Source: Candidatus Beckwithbacteria bacterium
GTDB lineage: Bacteria; Patescibacteriota; Microgenomatia; UBA1400; CG1-02-47-37
Direction: 5' to 3'
Assembly: GCA_026397255.1 (NCBI GenBank)
Contig: JAPLVF010000014.1
Span: 1 to 59,023, forward strand
DNA length: 59,023 nt
Shown here: positions 25,081 to 34,530 of the stretch, in pieces
How positions within the stretch are numbered: position 1 is the stretch's first letter
How the letters are laid out: every line of letters begins with the position of its first letter
Program-made: the position numbers and the translations under genes
Notes under the pieces: generated by a model
Databases searched by the model: none
Told to the model about the DNA's origin: nothing
The model's input: only the letters and a program-made list of their open reading frames with translations

Positions 25081-26502
25081 ATGTCCAGATTAACTTGGTT
25101 TTACTGTTTGTTAATTCTTTCAACCGGGATTTTGGGAGTCCGGTTAGTTTATTTACAAATTTTTGAAGGGAAATATTACCAAATTCTGGCGGATGAAAAT
25201 CGGGTGAAGCAGAAGATTTTAGCGGCAACAAGAGGAGAAATTTTTGACCGGTACGGGGAAAAATTAACAGTGAGTGAAGCGACTGGGCATGTTTTAGGTT
25301 ATACGGGCGAAGCAGATGAGCAGGAAGCGGAGCAATTTTATTTGGGGGCAATTGTGGGTAAGACTGGCTTGCAAAAGCAGTATGACCAAAAATTAAGAGG
25401 AACTGACGGTTTTTCGATTGTGGAGCAGGATGCCAACGCGCAGGAATTAAGAGAATTAAAAAGAATTGAGCCGACCACGGGGGAAGATTTAAAGACGACT
25501 TTGGATGCCGGTTTGCAGAAAAAAGCCTATGAATTATTAAATCACCGGAGAGGGGCGGTGGTGGTCAGCGACCCGAACACCGGAGAAATTTTGGCGTTGG
25601 TTTCCAGTCCCGGGTTTGACCCGAAGAATTTAGGAAAATATTTAAACGATAAAAATCTAGCGATGTTTAATCGAGCCTTAGGGGGTGAATATCCGCCGGG
25701 TTCAACTTTTAAGGTAATTACGGCTGTCGGGGCTTTGGAAGAAGGGGCAATTGACGGCCAAACACAAATTGAGGATACCGGGGAAATCGTCATCGGTCCC
25801 TACCGTTACACTAACTGGTATTTTACCCAATACGGGAAAAAAGAAGGATGGATAAATATTGTTAAAGCGTTAGCGCGGAGTAACGACGTCTTTTTTTACC
25901 AATTGGGAGAAAAACTAGGGATAGCCAAAATGGCGGATTGGGCCAAGTATTTTGGTTTCGGAACGGAGACGGGGGTGGATTTGGCCGGTGAAGCCAAAGG
26001 GTTAATGCCGGACCCGGTCTGGAAAAAAGAAGTGATGAAAGAAGATTGGTATACCGGGGACACGTTTATCACCGCGATCGGGCAAGGACATGTGTTGACC
26101 ACACCACTACAGATTAACCAAATGATGAGCATAGTTGCCGCAAAAGGAAACTTATGCCGGCCAACACTGACTAAAGACAGGATTGATTGTAAAAAGTTAG
26201 ATATTAGTCAAAAGACGATTAATTTAGTGACGGAAGGGTTGAAACAGGTGTGCGAGACCGGGGGGACAGCCTGGCCGTTTTTTGATTACAAAGTTAAAGT
26301 GGCGGGAAAAACCGGGACGGCGGAGTTTGGGCCTGGCGTTAAATCGGAACCAGCCCAGACGCACGCTTGGTTTACGGGTTTTGCACCTATAGACAAACCT
26401 CAAATTACGGTGACGGTGTTACTGGAAGGAGCGGGTGAAGGGTCATATCAGGCGGCGCCGGTGGCCAAAGATCTGTTAAGCTATTGGTTTGAAAGGCAGT
26501 AA
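25081..26502 (+). CDS. mrdA: Penicillin-binding protein 2-type transpeptidase (short, 473 aa)
   Basis: N-terminal TM, then SxxK (GSTFKV), SxN (RSNDVFF) and KTG (AGKTGTAE). Confidence 0.85.
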   Translation: MSRLTWFYCLLILSTGILGVRLVYLQIFEGKYYQILADENRVKQKILAATRGEIFDRYGEKLTVSEATGHVLGYTGEADEQEAEQFYLGAIVGKTGLQKQYDQKLRGTDGFSIVEQDANAQELRELKRIEPTTGEDLKTTLDAGLQKKAYELLNHRRGAVVVSDPNTGEILALVSSPGFDPKNLGKYLNDKNLAMFNRALGGEYPPGSTFKVITAVGALEEGAIDGQTQIEDTGEIVIGPYRYTNWYFTQYGKKEGWINIVKALARSNDVFFYQLGEKLGIAKMADWAKYFGFGTETGVDLAGEAKGLMPDPVWKKEVMKEDWYTGDTFITAIGQGHVLTTPLQINQMMSIVAAKGNLCRPTLTKDRIDCKKLDISQKTINLVTEGLKQVCETGGTAWPFFDYKVKVAGKTGTAEFGPGVKSEPAQTHAWFTGFAPIDKPQITVTVLLEGAGEGSYQAAPVAKDLLSYWFERQ

Positions 26503-26505
26503 AGA

Positions 26506-27372
26506 ATGGATCAAAATGAGCTCAAATATTGGGTGGGATTAAGCGGATTCAGGGGTTTGGGAATAAAACGGTTAAAGTTATTAAGGCAGTATTTTGGCTC
26601 AATCAAAAAAATTTATGAGGCGAATTCAACAGGTTGGATAAAATTAGGGATTAAACCAGAAATGGCTAAGAATTGGCAAAAAAGGGACTTGGATAAAGAG
26701 ATGGAGGTGTTGGCAAAGAGTTTGATTAAAGTTATTACGATTGAAGATAAAAGATACCCAAAATTATTAAAAGAGATTGATTCTCCGCCATTTGTTTTAT
26801 TTGTTAAAGGACAGATTGAAGTTTTAAACCAACCTAGTTTGGCGGTCGTGGGGACCCGGCAACCGACGACTTACGGCTGTCAGGCGGTACAAAAATTAGT
26901 GCAAGATTTGGTCAAAAATAAATTGGTAATTATTTCCGGTTTGGCCCGGGGAATCGACGGCTTAGTCCACCGAAATTGTTTGGTCTGGGGCGGGAAAACT
27001 GTGGCCGTTTTAGGTCATGGGTTAGAACGGGTTTACCCGCCTGAAAATCGGCCTTTGTCCGAGGAAATTGTGGCTAAGGGGGGTGCCTTAGTGACAGAAT
27101 ACCCGCTGAATTTTCCTATCAGCAAAACTAATTTCCCTCAAAGAGACAGAATTATGGCCGGATTAAGTTTGGGGACATTAGTGATTGAGGGTGGAGAAAA
27201 ATCCGGAACAAAAATTACCGCCAATTTTGCGGCCGATTACGGCCGCGAGGTGTTTTGTGTGCCTGGACCGATTGGTAGTCCGCAATCTGAAGGGCCGGCG
27301 CAACTCATTCAACAAGGGGCAAAGTTGGTAACGAAAGTAGAGGATATTTTGGAAGAGCTTAATTTGATTTAG
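26506..27372 (+). CDS. dprA: DNA-processing protein DprA (Smf)
   Basis: AVVGTRQPT.YG....LV......VIISGLARGIDGLVH Rossmann-like core, upstream of topA as in many bacteria. Confidence 0.85.
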   Translation: MDQNELKYWVGLSGFRGLGIKRLKLLRQYFGSIKKIYEANSTGWIKLGIKPEMAKNWQKRDLDKEMEVLAKSLIKVITIEDKRYPKLLKEIDSPPFVLFVKGQIEVLNQPSLAVVGTRQPTTYGCQAVQKLVQDLVKNKLVIISGLARGIDGLVHRNCLVWGGKTVAVLGHGLERVYPPENRPLSEEIVAKGGALVTEYPLNFPISKTNFPQRDRIMAGLSLGTLVIEGGEKSGTKITANFAADYGREVFCVPGPIGSPQSEGPAQLIQQGAKLVTKVEDILEELNLI

Positions 27373-28144
27373 TCCATTTGCAGTCCGGAATCCCATCCGG
27401 TTTTGAAAAATCTTTTTGAGAAAGATTGTAAATATCTACCTTAAGACAGTCACTTTCATTGTCTTTATTAAGACATTCCTGGGAATAGGTTTGTTCAGCA
27501 GATAATTCGGGGGTTTGTATCACCTCGTAGGTAGGTTTACAAACCGCTTTTTCTGATTCAGTAAATTTAAAGGTGGAGAGAATCTGGTCAAACTTTATCG
27601 TTAAATCATTTGGTGTTTTTATGTTGTCATATGGTCCGAGCATAAATCTATATATTAAACCGTTGGGATCCTTATAAATATAATTTAAAGTAAGGTACAT
27701 GTCTGCCACAATGTATTTTTCAAAATTATATCCGTTGATTTTTTCCGTACCTAAAGATTGAGTACTTTCGTATTTGGTCCAGGTATCAAAATTACTCTGC
27801 GGATCGAGGGATATTTGAATATAATAGTTAAATTTTTCCGGGGTATCAGTATCGGAAACCATGAAACTTTCGACATTAGTTTTGATTGTCGTAAAAGTCG
27901 GCTGGCTTGTCACGGTATATTCCGAGGGATATTTAAATGAGAATTGGTTGGAGGAGTTAGTATATTTTTTCCAGTCGGCTGTGGGGTCGAGCGAGGGGCT
28001 GGGAGAAGGTTTAACGAGAAGAGAAACGGGTGATTGCAAAACGGCGATTTGTTTTTGCAGCTGGAGGTTTTGATAAAAGAGGAAAGCAGAGGTTAAACTT
28101 GACAGACAGATTAAAATTATTAGGACTTGCTTAAACTTGTCCAT
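27359..28144 (-). CDS. Hypothetical secreted/membrane-anchored protein
   Basis: N-terminal TM/signal anchor VLIILICLSSLTSAFLFY. No recognisable domain. Confidence 0.5.
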   Translation of the reverse strand: MDKFKQVLIILICLSSLTSAFLFYQNLQLQKQIAVLQSPVSLLVKPSPSPSLDPTADWKKYTNSSNQFSFKYPSEYTVTSQPTFTTIKTNVESFMVSDTDTPEKFNYYIQISLDPQSNFDTWTKYESTQSLGTEKINGYNFEKYIVADMYLTLNYIYKDPNGLIYRFMLGPYDNIKTPNDLTIKFDQILSTFKFTESEKAVCKPTYEVIQTPELSAEQTYSQECLNKDNESDCLKVDIYNLSQKDFSKPDGIPDCKWTKSN

Positions 28145-28165
28145 ACTATTTATAGTATATCAAAT

Positions 28166-30091
28166 ATGAAATTGATTGTGGTGGAGTCACCGACTAAGGC
28201 GCGGACACTGGCTAAGTTTTTAGGCGGGGAGTTTACGATTGAGGCCTCGATGGGGCACGTGCGGGATTTGCCCCAGAAAAATTTAGGGGTGGATGTGGAG
28301 CATGATTTTAAACCGGAATATGTGATTGTCAAGGGGAAAACAGCGGTGGTAAAAAAATTAAAAGAGCTGGCGAAAAAGTCTGACAGGGTGATTTTGGCAA
28401 CCGATCCGGACCGGGAAGGAGAAGCGATCGCCTGGCATGTGCAATATTTGCTTAAAGGAAAAAATAAGTTCTCGCGAATTGTGTTTCATGAGATTACCAA
28501 AACAGCGATTGAAGCGGCGTTAAAAAATCCGGGCGAGGTGGATTTAAAGTTGGTGGATGCCCAGCTGGGCCGAAGAATTTTAGACAGATTGGTGGGTTAT
28601 AAACTGTCGCCGATTTTATGGCAGAAGGTGCGCAGGGGGCTGTCGGCCGGCCGGGTGCAAAGCGTAGCCGTGCGGTTGATTGTCGAGCGGGAGGAAGAAA
28701 TTAAGGTGTTTAAGCCGGAGGCTTTTTGGGTGGTGGGGGCAGTCTTAGGCAAAGACAAAGAAGAGTTTGAGGCTTATTTAAATAAAATTACGGATGAGAT
28801 GAAGGCTAAAGCGGCGGCCGCGGTTTTGGCTAAAGCTAGCTATCAGGTGAAAAATGTGGAAACTAAAGAAGTTAGGCAGTGGCCGTTGCCGCCATTTATC
28901 ACTTCAACCCTGCAGCGGTCAGCAGGAAATCGGCTGAAGTGGAGTGCCAAAAAAACCATGCGTCAGGCACAGCAGTTATATGAACAAGGCTTAATTACTT
29001 ACCACCGGACAGACAGTGTTAATTTGGCCATGGAAGCAGTCGGTAAGGCTAGGGATTTTATCGGGAAAAAATTTGGGGGAGAATATTTACCGGAAAAGCC
29101 GATTGGTTATAAAAGCGGTTCCAAGAATGTCCAGGGGGCGCACGAAGCCATCCGGCCGACGGATATGACAAGAGAAATAGTGGAGGACCAGTCAGCGAAC
29201 CGATTGTACCGTTTAATCTGGGAAAGATTTGTGGCTTGTCAGATGAAGCCGGTGCTTGTGGAAAAGACGACAGTAACCGTTAGCGCAGCTGACTACGAAT
29301 TAAAAGCCGAAGGCGAGCGGTTAGTGTTTGATGGTTGGTGGAAAGTTGATAAAAGATTAATGATTAAAGATTTAAAATTACCGGAGTTAAAACAGAGAGA
29401 TCAATTAGATTTAATTAAGGTTTTGTCAGAACAAAAACTGACTCAACCGCCGGCCAGATACACTGAGGCGAGTTTAATCAAAGTGTTGGAGCAAAAAGGG
29501 ATTGGCCGGCCATCTACCTATGCGCCGATTCTGTCAACCATTCAGGACAGATTTTACGTGGAGAAAAAGGAACAGAAATTAATACCGACGAGTATTGGTA
29601 CGACGGTGACGAAATTTTTAATGGAATATTTCCCGAAGATTATGGACTATGAATTTACGGCCAAAATGGAAGGGGATTTGGATGAAATCGCCCAGGGTAA
29701 ACAAAGTTCACAAGAATTACTCAAAAACTTTTATTCAGATTTTGACAGTAATCTAATTAAAGTTAAAGAAAAAGCCAAAAGAGCCAAAATTGAGGTGGAG
29801 ACAACGGGGGAAAAGTGTCCTGAGTGCAAAGAAGGTGACGTGGTTATCCGCACCGGCAGGTTTGGCAAGTTTTTCAGCTGTTCGCGGTTTCCGGAATGCA
29901 AATACACTAAACAGTACAAAGAAATTATTCAGGGAGTGAAATGTCCCGAGTGCGGCGGCGAGGTGGTGGTCAGGAAAACCCGGCGGGGAAAACAGTTTTA
30001 CGGCTGTGGAAATTACCCCAAGTGCAAGTGGATGAGTTGGAATAAACCAAAGAGCCTGCAAGGAGTCTCCTCGCAGGCAGTTATTGTATAA
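28166..30091 (+). CDS. topA: DNA topoisomerase I
   Basis: TOPRIM (MKLIVVESPTKA, DPDREGEAIAWH), active-site Tyr region ITYHRTDS, and two C-terminal CxxC zinc ribbons. ATG at 28166 lies 9 nt after TATAGT. Confidence 0.95.
   Translation: MKLIVVESPTKARTLAKFLGGEFTIEASMGHVRDLPQKNLGVDVEHDFKPEYVIVKGKTAVVKKLKELAKKSDRVILATDPDREGEAIAWHVQYLLKGKNKFSRIVFHEITKTAIEAALKNPGEVDLKLVDAQLGRRILDRLVGYKLSPILWQKVRRGLSAGRVQSVAVRLIVEREEEIKVFKPEAFWVVGAVLGKDKEEFEAYLNKITDEMKAKAAAAVLAKASYQVKNVETKEVRQWPLPPFITSTLQRSAGNRLKWSAKKTMRQAQQLYEQGLITYHRTDSVNLAMEAVGKARDFIGKKFGGEYLPEKPIGYKSGSKNVQGAHEAIRPTDMTREIVEDQSANRLYRLIWERFVACQMKPVLVEKTTVTVSAADYELKAEGERLVFDGWWKVDKRLMIKDLKLPELKQRDQLDLIKVLSEQKLTQPPARYTEASLIKVLEQKGIGRPSTYAPILSTIQDRFYVEKKEQKLIPTSIGTTVTKFLMEYFPKIMDYEFTAKMEGDLDEIAQGKQSSQELLKNFYSDFDSNLIKVKEKAKRAKIEVETTGEKCPECKEGDVVIRTGRFGKFFSCSRFPECKYTKQYKEIIQGVKCPECGGEVVVRKTRRGKQFYGCGNYPKCKWMSWNKPKSLQGVSSQAVIV
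30054..30078. repeat. GC-rich palindrome forming the extreme C-terminus of topA
   Basis: GCCTGCAAGGAG-T-CTCCTCGCAGGC (11 of 12 bp) encodes ..SLQGVSSQA.. It uses the same CCTGCAAGG/CCTTGCAGG words as family B. Confidence 0.6.
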
Positions 30092-30132
30092 TATGGCTTA
30101 ATTTAGAAATCTCCTGCCTGGAAAGATTTTTT

Positions 30133-30924
30133 ATGCCGTCGTTGCCGGAAATAGCAAAAAAACTTGGAGTTGGTGTTAGTGATTTTTGGGACGTTAATTC
30201 AACAGTGAGGGAATATAGAAACGTGACTGATTCTAGAAAGCGGCTAAAACTTTTGGCTTTTTATGAACGTCCGGGCTGGAAAAATTTCATGTATCGTATT
30301 GCCGCTAAATTGCGGCAGGAATGGGATATGCCGTCAGACAGTCTGCGACAAGAAATTATCACTCAGGGCTTTATTGACCGCAACGTTAATAAGTGGGAAG
30401 GGGTTGATAAGGAATGGCAGCCGTTAATCTGGGAGTTTCTTGGTACAAAGGCGAAAGCCAGCTTAAGGGAGGTAGAGATAAATTTGCATAAGCAATGGGA
30501 AGAGGGTCAACCGGTTGTTCAAGGACTGATTGGCGGTTACGGCAGTCAGGCGCTTGGCGGGACAATAGATAGTCTGGCAGGAGAAATGGGGTTAGCAGGA
30601 ATCAGACATGATCAGTCCCAGGCAGAAAAAATTGCCAGGTTCATGGACCCGTATCCCTATTTGGTGGTGGCTGGGTGTTTTAAAGCCGGCCTGAAGTTAT
30701 GCCGTGAAGAAAATATTCCCATTAAAACTGGAGTTCAGTGGGGAATAAGGTTTGGCTTTATTAAGCGGAACACCTTTGACTTTGCCAGAGAACAAGATGA
30801 CAACAGGAGAGGAGAGATTTTCAGTTGGTTTAAAGATAAGGCACAGACAGATCAGACTTTAGGGATATTGACGGAGGAATTAGAGGTAGCCTGGGCGTGT
30901 GCCGGTGCCAAAAAATTAGCCTAA
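30133..30924 (+). CDS. Hypothetical protein (263 aa) immediately upstream of the RNR gene
   Basis: Open frame with no motif recognised. It is preceded by AAATCTCCTGCCTGGAAAG, which resembles AAATTTCCTGCCCGGAAAAG at 18707-18726. Confidence 0.5.
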   Translation: MPSLPEIAKKLGVGVSDFWDVNSTVREYRNVTDSRKRLKLLAFYERPGWKNFMYRIAAKLRQEWDMPSDSLRQEIITQGFIDRNVNKWEGVDKEWQPLIWEFLGTKAKASLREVEINLHKQWEEGQPVVQGLIGGYGSQALGGTIDSLAGEMGLAGIRHDQSQAEKIARFMDPYPYLVVAGCFKAGLKLCREENIPIKTGVQWGIRFGFIKRNTFDFAREQDDNRRGEIFSWFKDKAQTDQTLGILTEELEVAWACAGAKKLA

Positions 30925-31021
30925 ACTAAAATCACCTTCAAGGATAATCCCTGTAGGTTTAGTTTGATATAGTAAGTTCTGGTTGAAGAAAGGGAAATTT
31001 TTTGGGATATTGGTCAAGAAT

Positions 31022-33193
31022 ATGGAAAATGATTGGCAGGTGAAAAAAAGAAGCGGAGAAATCCAGGTTTATGTCGCCAGTAAAATTAGCCACTCAATTT
31101 TTCGGGCGCAACAGAATATTAATAAAGAGGATCAAATCAAAGCTTCCAAAATCGGTCAACTGGTCAGAGAAGAATTAAAGCAAAAATTTGAGAAGGAAAA
31201 GATTTTAGGCACGGATGAAATCGGCGATGTGGTCGAGCGGGTGTTAATTGATCAAAAGCTTTACGATGTGGCCCGGGCGTTTATTATCGCCAGAGAGAAA
31301 CAGCGCCAGGAGGCCAAAGCGGAAAAAGGTTTGGGGGTCATTGACGATATCGGACTGCCTTACAACTCGATTTTGGTGATGAAGAATAAGTATTTATTAA
31401 AAAATGAAACTCCGAAGGGTTGTTTCAAGAGGGTGGCTAAAGCGTTGGCAAAAGCGGAGAAAACAGAGAAAAAGCGGGCATTTTGGGAGGATAAATTTTT
31501 GGAAATAATGAGCAGTTTAAGGTTTTTGCCGGGCGGCCGAACTTTAGCTAATGCCGGAACGACTAATAATCAACTGGCTAACTGCTTTGTGATGCCGATG
31601 CCTGATTCGGTGGAAGGCATTTTTGAGAGTATTAAAGAATCGTCGATTTTGAAAAAAAACGGCGGCGGTGTCGGTTTTTCTTTTTCCCATATCCGCCCCA
31701 AGGGAGATAAGGTTGCCGGGACTTCCGGTAAAGCGGCTGGGCCGGTGGCTTTTATGAGAATTATCAACGAAGCCAGTGAGATTTTACAGCAGGCCGGGGG
31801 TCGGCGCAGCGGCAACATGGTGATTTTGCACATTACTCATCCGGATATTTTGGAATTTATTACCTGTAAAGAAGACGAAGGGCAGTTAAATAATATTAAT
31901 TTTTCTCTGGGTATTACTGATAAATTTATGGTGGCGGTTAAGAAAGACAGGCCTTGGAATCTGATTAATCCGCATACCGGTACTGTAGCTAACAAGGTTT
32001 CGGCCCGCTCAATTTTTGAACTAGCTGCCTCTTATGCGTGGAAAAACGGTGATCCGGGAATGATTTTTCTGGATAGGATTAACCGGGATAACCCGACGCC
32101 TCAGGCTGGAGTTTTGGAAGCAGTCAATTTATGCGGTGAACAACCGTTGTTGGCTTATGAGGCCTGTAATTTAGGGAGTGTAAATTTGGCAAGGCACGTA
32201 AAGGTTGACCCCACTTCTCCGACCAGCCGGCGGATTCGTGGGGTGGACTGGTCTAAATTAAAAGAAACAGTCGAGGTTGGCGTTAGGCTGTTAGACAACG
32301 TCGTATCAATTTGTAAGTATCCTTTAAAGAAAGTTGAGCAAGTGGTGAGAGCTAACCGTAAAATCGGTTTAGGAGTGATGGGTTGGGCGGATATGCTGGC
32401 GAAATTGAACATTCCTTATAATAGTCAGGAGGCTTTAAGGCTGGCGGGGAAATTAATGAAGTTTATTCAAGAGACTACTTGGCAAGTTTCCGAAAGTTTA
32501 GGTAAAGAAAAAGGCAGTTTTCCAAATTTTGAAACGAGTATTTGGCCAAAGCGAAGTTTTAAATCTTTTAGAAATGCGACTTTAATTACGATTGCTCCGA
32601 CCGGATCAATTTCCATGCTGGCGAATTGCAGTTACGGAATAGAACCGCATTTTGCCAACGCTTTTTATAAAGAGGCTTTGGGTGGGGTTCGATTACCGGA
32701 AATCAATAAAGATTTATTAGCTAAATTAAGAACAGAGGGATTAGATATGAGCAATGGTTTAATTGATCAAATTAGTAATAATGGTACACTTCAATTAATT
32801 AAAGAAATCCCTGAAAAAATTAAAAAAATATTTTTAACGGCACATGAGTTGGAATTTGAAGATCATATTAAAATGCAGGCGGCCTGGCAAAAATATACAG
32901 ATAATGCCGTGTCTAAAACAATTAATATGCGTAGTGACGCGCGGATTGAAGATGTGGTTAAAGCTTACATATTAGCTTGGGAGTTGGGGTGCAAGGGAAT
33001 CACGGTTTACCGGGACCAAAGCCGGAAAGAACAAGTACTAAACGTTGGATACAGCAAAAGATTAAAGATTAATGATGAAAGATTAACGAGAAATCAGAAA
33101 TCAGAAAAATGTCCCCAGTGCGGGACTAAAATGTTAAAAACAGAAGGGTGTGCGACCTGTCCCAATTGTGCTTTCTCTGTTTGCAGTTTATGA
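31022..33193 (+). CDS. nrdJ: Class II (adenosylcobalamin-type) ribonucleotide reductase with N-terminal ATP-cone and C-terminal zinc ribbon
   Basis: ATP-cone WQVKKRSGEIQVY.., catalytic NLCGEQPLLAYEACNLGSVNL, and C-terminal CPQCG..CATCPNC. ATG at 31022 is preferred over the TTG at 30983. Confidence 0.85.
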   Translation: MENDWQVKKRSGEIQVYVASKISHSIFRAQQNINKEDQIKASKIGQLVREELKQKFEKEKILGTDEIGDVVERVLIDQKLYDVARAFIIAREKQRQEAKAEKGLGVIDDIGLPYNSILVMKNKYLLKNETPKGCFKRVAKALAKAEKTEKKRAFWEDKFLEIMSSLRFLPGGRTLANAGTTNNQLANCFVMPMPDSVEGIFESIKESSILKKNGGGVGFSFSHIRPKGDKVAGTSGKAAGPVAFMRIINEASEILQQAGGRRSGNMVILHITHPDILEFITCKEDEGQLNNINFSLGITDKFMVAVKKDRPWNLINPHTGTVANKVSARSIFELAASYAWKNGDPGMIFLDRINRDNPTPQAGVLEAVNLCGEQPLLAYEACNLGSVNLARHVKVDPTSPTSRRIRGVDWSKLKETVEVGVRLLDNVVSICKYPLKKVEQVVRANRKIGLGVMGWADMLAKLNIPYNSQEALRLAGKLMKFIQETTWQVSESLGKEKGSFPNFETSIWPKRSFKSFRNATLITIAPTGSISMLANCSYGIEPHFANAFYKEALGGVRLPEINKDLLAKLRTEGLDMSNGLIDQISNNGTLQLIKEIPEKIKKIFLTAHELEFEDHIKMQAAWQKYTDNAVSKTINMRSDARIEDVVKAYILAWELGCKGITVYRDQSRKEQVLNVGYSKRLKINDERLTRNQKSEKCPQCGTKMLKTEGCATCPNCAFSVCSL
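32209..32243. repeat. In-frame hairpin element (family D copy 1) in nrdJ
   Basis: CCCCACTTC...CGTGGGG stem pair encoding DPTSPTSRRIRGV. The partner is at 45259-45286. Confidence 0.55.
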
Positions 33194-34530
33194 AATCAAG
33201 AGGACAATTAGTGGTTAGGTTTGGGCCGATGTGGTCAGATAAAACCAGTTGGTTAATCCGACAATACGGTAAAGGGAAAGGGGTGGTGGCTTTTAAGCCG
33301 ACCTTAGACAAACGTTACACTAATAGAGCGGTATTAAAGAGCCATCATGGTCGAGAAGTAGCGGCAAGTTTTATTGATAGCCGGCAACCGGACTTAATTC
33401 TTAAAAAAGCGTTAAATAAAAAAACGGTTAAAGTGTTGATTGACGAAGTTAATTTTTTTGATGAACAGCTAGTAGGGGTGGTAAAAGAACTTTTAAGTCA
33501 TCAGGTTGATGTTTATGCTGCCGGACTATTACTGGATTCTGAGAGGCGGCCGTTCGGCGCTACGCCGCAACTATTGTCTTTGGCGGATGAAGTAGTGGAA
33601 GGGTTTGCTCATTGTGATTATTTTAAGAATGGCCTTAGATGTGAGAAACGAGCCAAATACACATACGCTAAATTCAAAAAAGAAAAGCAACTGGTGGTGG
33701 GTGCGGCCAGTCTTTATGGGGCGAGCTGTGAAGATCATTATGAAGAGTTGCAGCAACTGGGCGGCCAGTCTTTAAGCTGGTTTGAGCGGGTGAAAGAAAG
33801 CAGTTACGGTAAATTAATTCAGTCGCCACCGGCGTGGTTAAAAACCGTTTCTTTGCCTTACCAAAGACGGCCTTTAGAGATAAAGCGGCGTTACCCCAGA
33901 ATTGAAATCGGTTCAGATAGCATGCGGATCGGCAAAACCACGGCGGCCCAGGTTTTAGCTGAAGGTTTTAAAAAATTAAAATTGCCGGTGGAACTGTCAT
34001 TGGAAGATTGGCCGAATAACCCGTATTTAAAGAAAAGTTACAGTGATCCGTCCAGGGGATTATTACAGTCGCAAAAATGGTTTATTAAAAGAAAACATGA
34101 ACAGTTGTGGAAGGCGGATAAAAACTCAATTTGGATTCAAGATGTGCATCCGGAAATGGATTTTGGCTATGCTTTTACCAATACGCTTTTGAAACGGATG
34201 TCGGGGAAGCATTTTGCCGAGTATATTAAATATTTTAATACCTTTAATTGGTTAAAGGCGCCGGCGCCGGATTTATTAATTTATTTAACGGCCAGCGATG
34301 AAGTGTTAATTAACCGGGCGAAAAAGACGAAAAGAAAATTTGAGCGGGTGGCCAGCAAATACTTTTTATTAATGAAAGCGGTTAATCGGATTTGGGTTTT
34401 AGGGACGGATTATATTAATGTATTAATGATTGATACTGACCACTTTAATTATTCAAAGAATGGAAAAGCCCAAAATGAATTAACGGAAAGGGTAGTAAAA
34501 ACCTTAAAACATTTAGGGTGGAAATTATGA
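33190..34530 (+). CDS. tdk: Fusion protein: thymidine kinase (TK1 type) + deoxynucleoside kinase domain
   Basis: N-terminal half has FGPMWSDKTSWLIR (P-loop), IDEVNFF and the zinc motif CDYF..C...C..H. C-terminal half has a second P-loop GSDSMRIGKTT and dNK-like motifs. The ATG at 33190 overlaps the nrdJ stop (ATGA). Confidence 0.8.
   Translation: MKSRGQLVVRFGPMWSDKTSWLIRQYGKGKGVVAFKPTLDKRYTNRAVLKSHHGREVAASFIDSRQPDLILKKALNKKTVKVLIDEVNFFDEQLVGVVKELLSHQVDVYAAGLLLDSERRPFGATPQLLSLADEVVEGFAHCDYFKNGLRCEKRAKYTYAKFKKEKQLVVGAASLYGASCEDHYEELQQLGGQSLSWFERVKESSYGKLIQSPPAWLKTVSLPYQRRPLEIKRRYPRIEIGSDSMRIGKTTAAQVLAEGFKKLKLPVELSLEDWPNNPYLKKSYSDPSRGLLQSQKWFIKRKHEQLWKADKNSIWIQDVHPEMDFGYAFTNTLLKRMSGKHFAEYIKYFNTFNWLKAPAPDLLIYLTASDEVLINRAKKTKRKFERVASKYFLLMKAVNRIWVLGTDYINVLMIDTDHFNYSKNGKAQNELTERVVKTLKHLGWKL

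Noticed and set aside
30925-31021. Riboswitch or NrdR box upstream of the class II RNR gene
   Set aside because: I could not find NrdR-box-like palindromes or a cobalamin-riboswitch core in the 97-nt region. Only weak stems are present.
33190-33193. Possibility of UGA recoding (code 25 or code 4), as in some CPR lineages
   Set aside because: TGA terminates well-conserved proteins at their expected lengths and forms several ATGA stop/start overlaps (33190, 34527, 39878, 40615, 44316). The standard code 11 fits.
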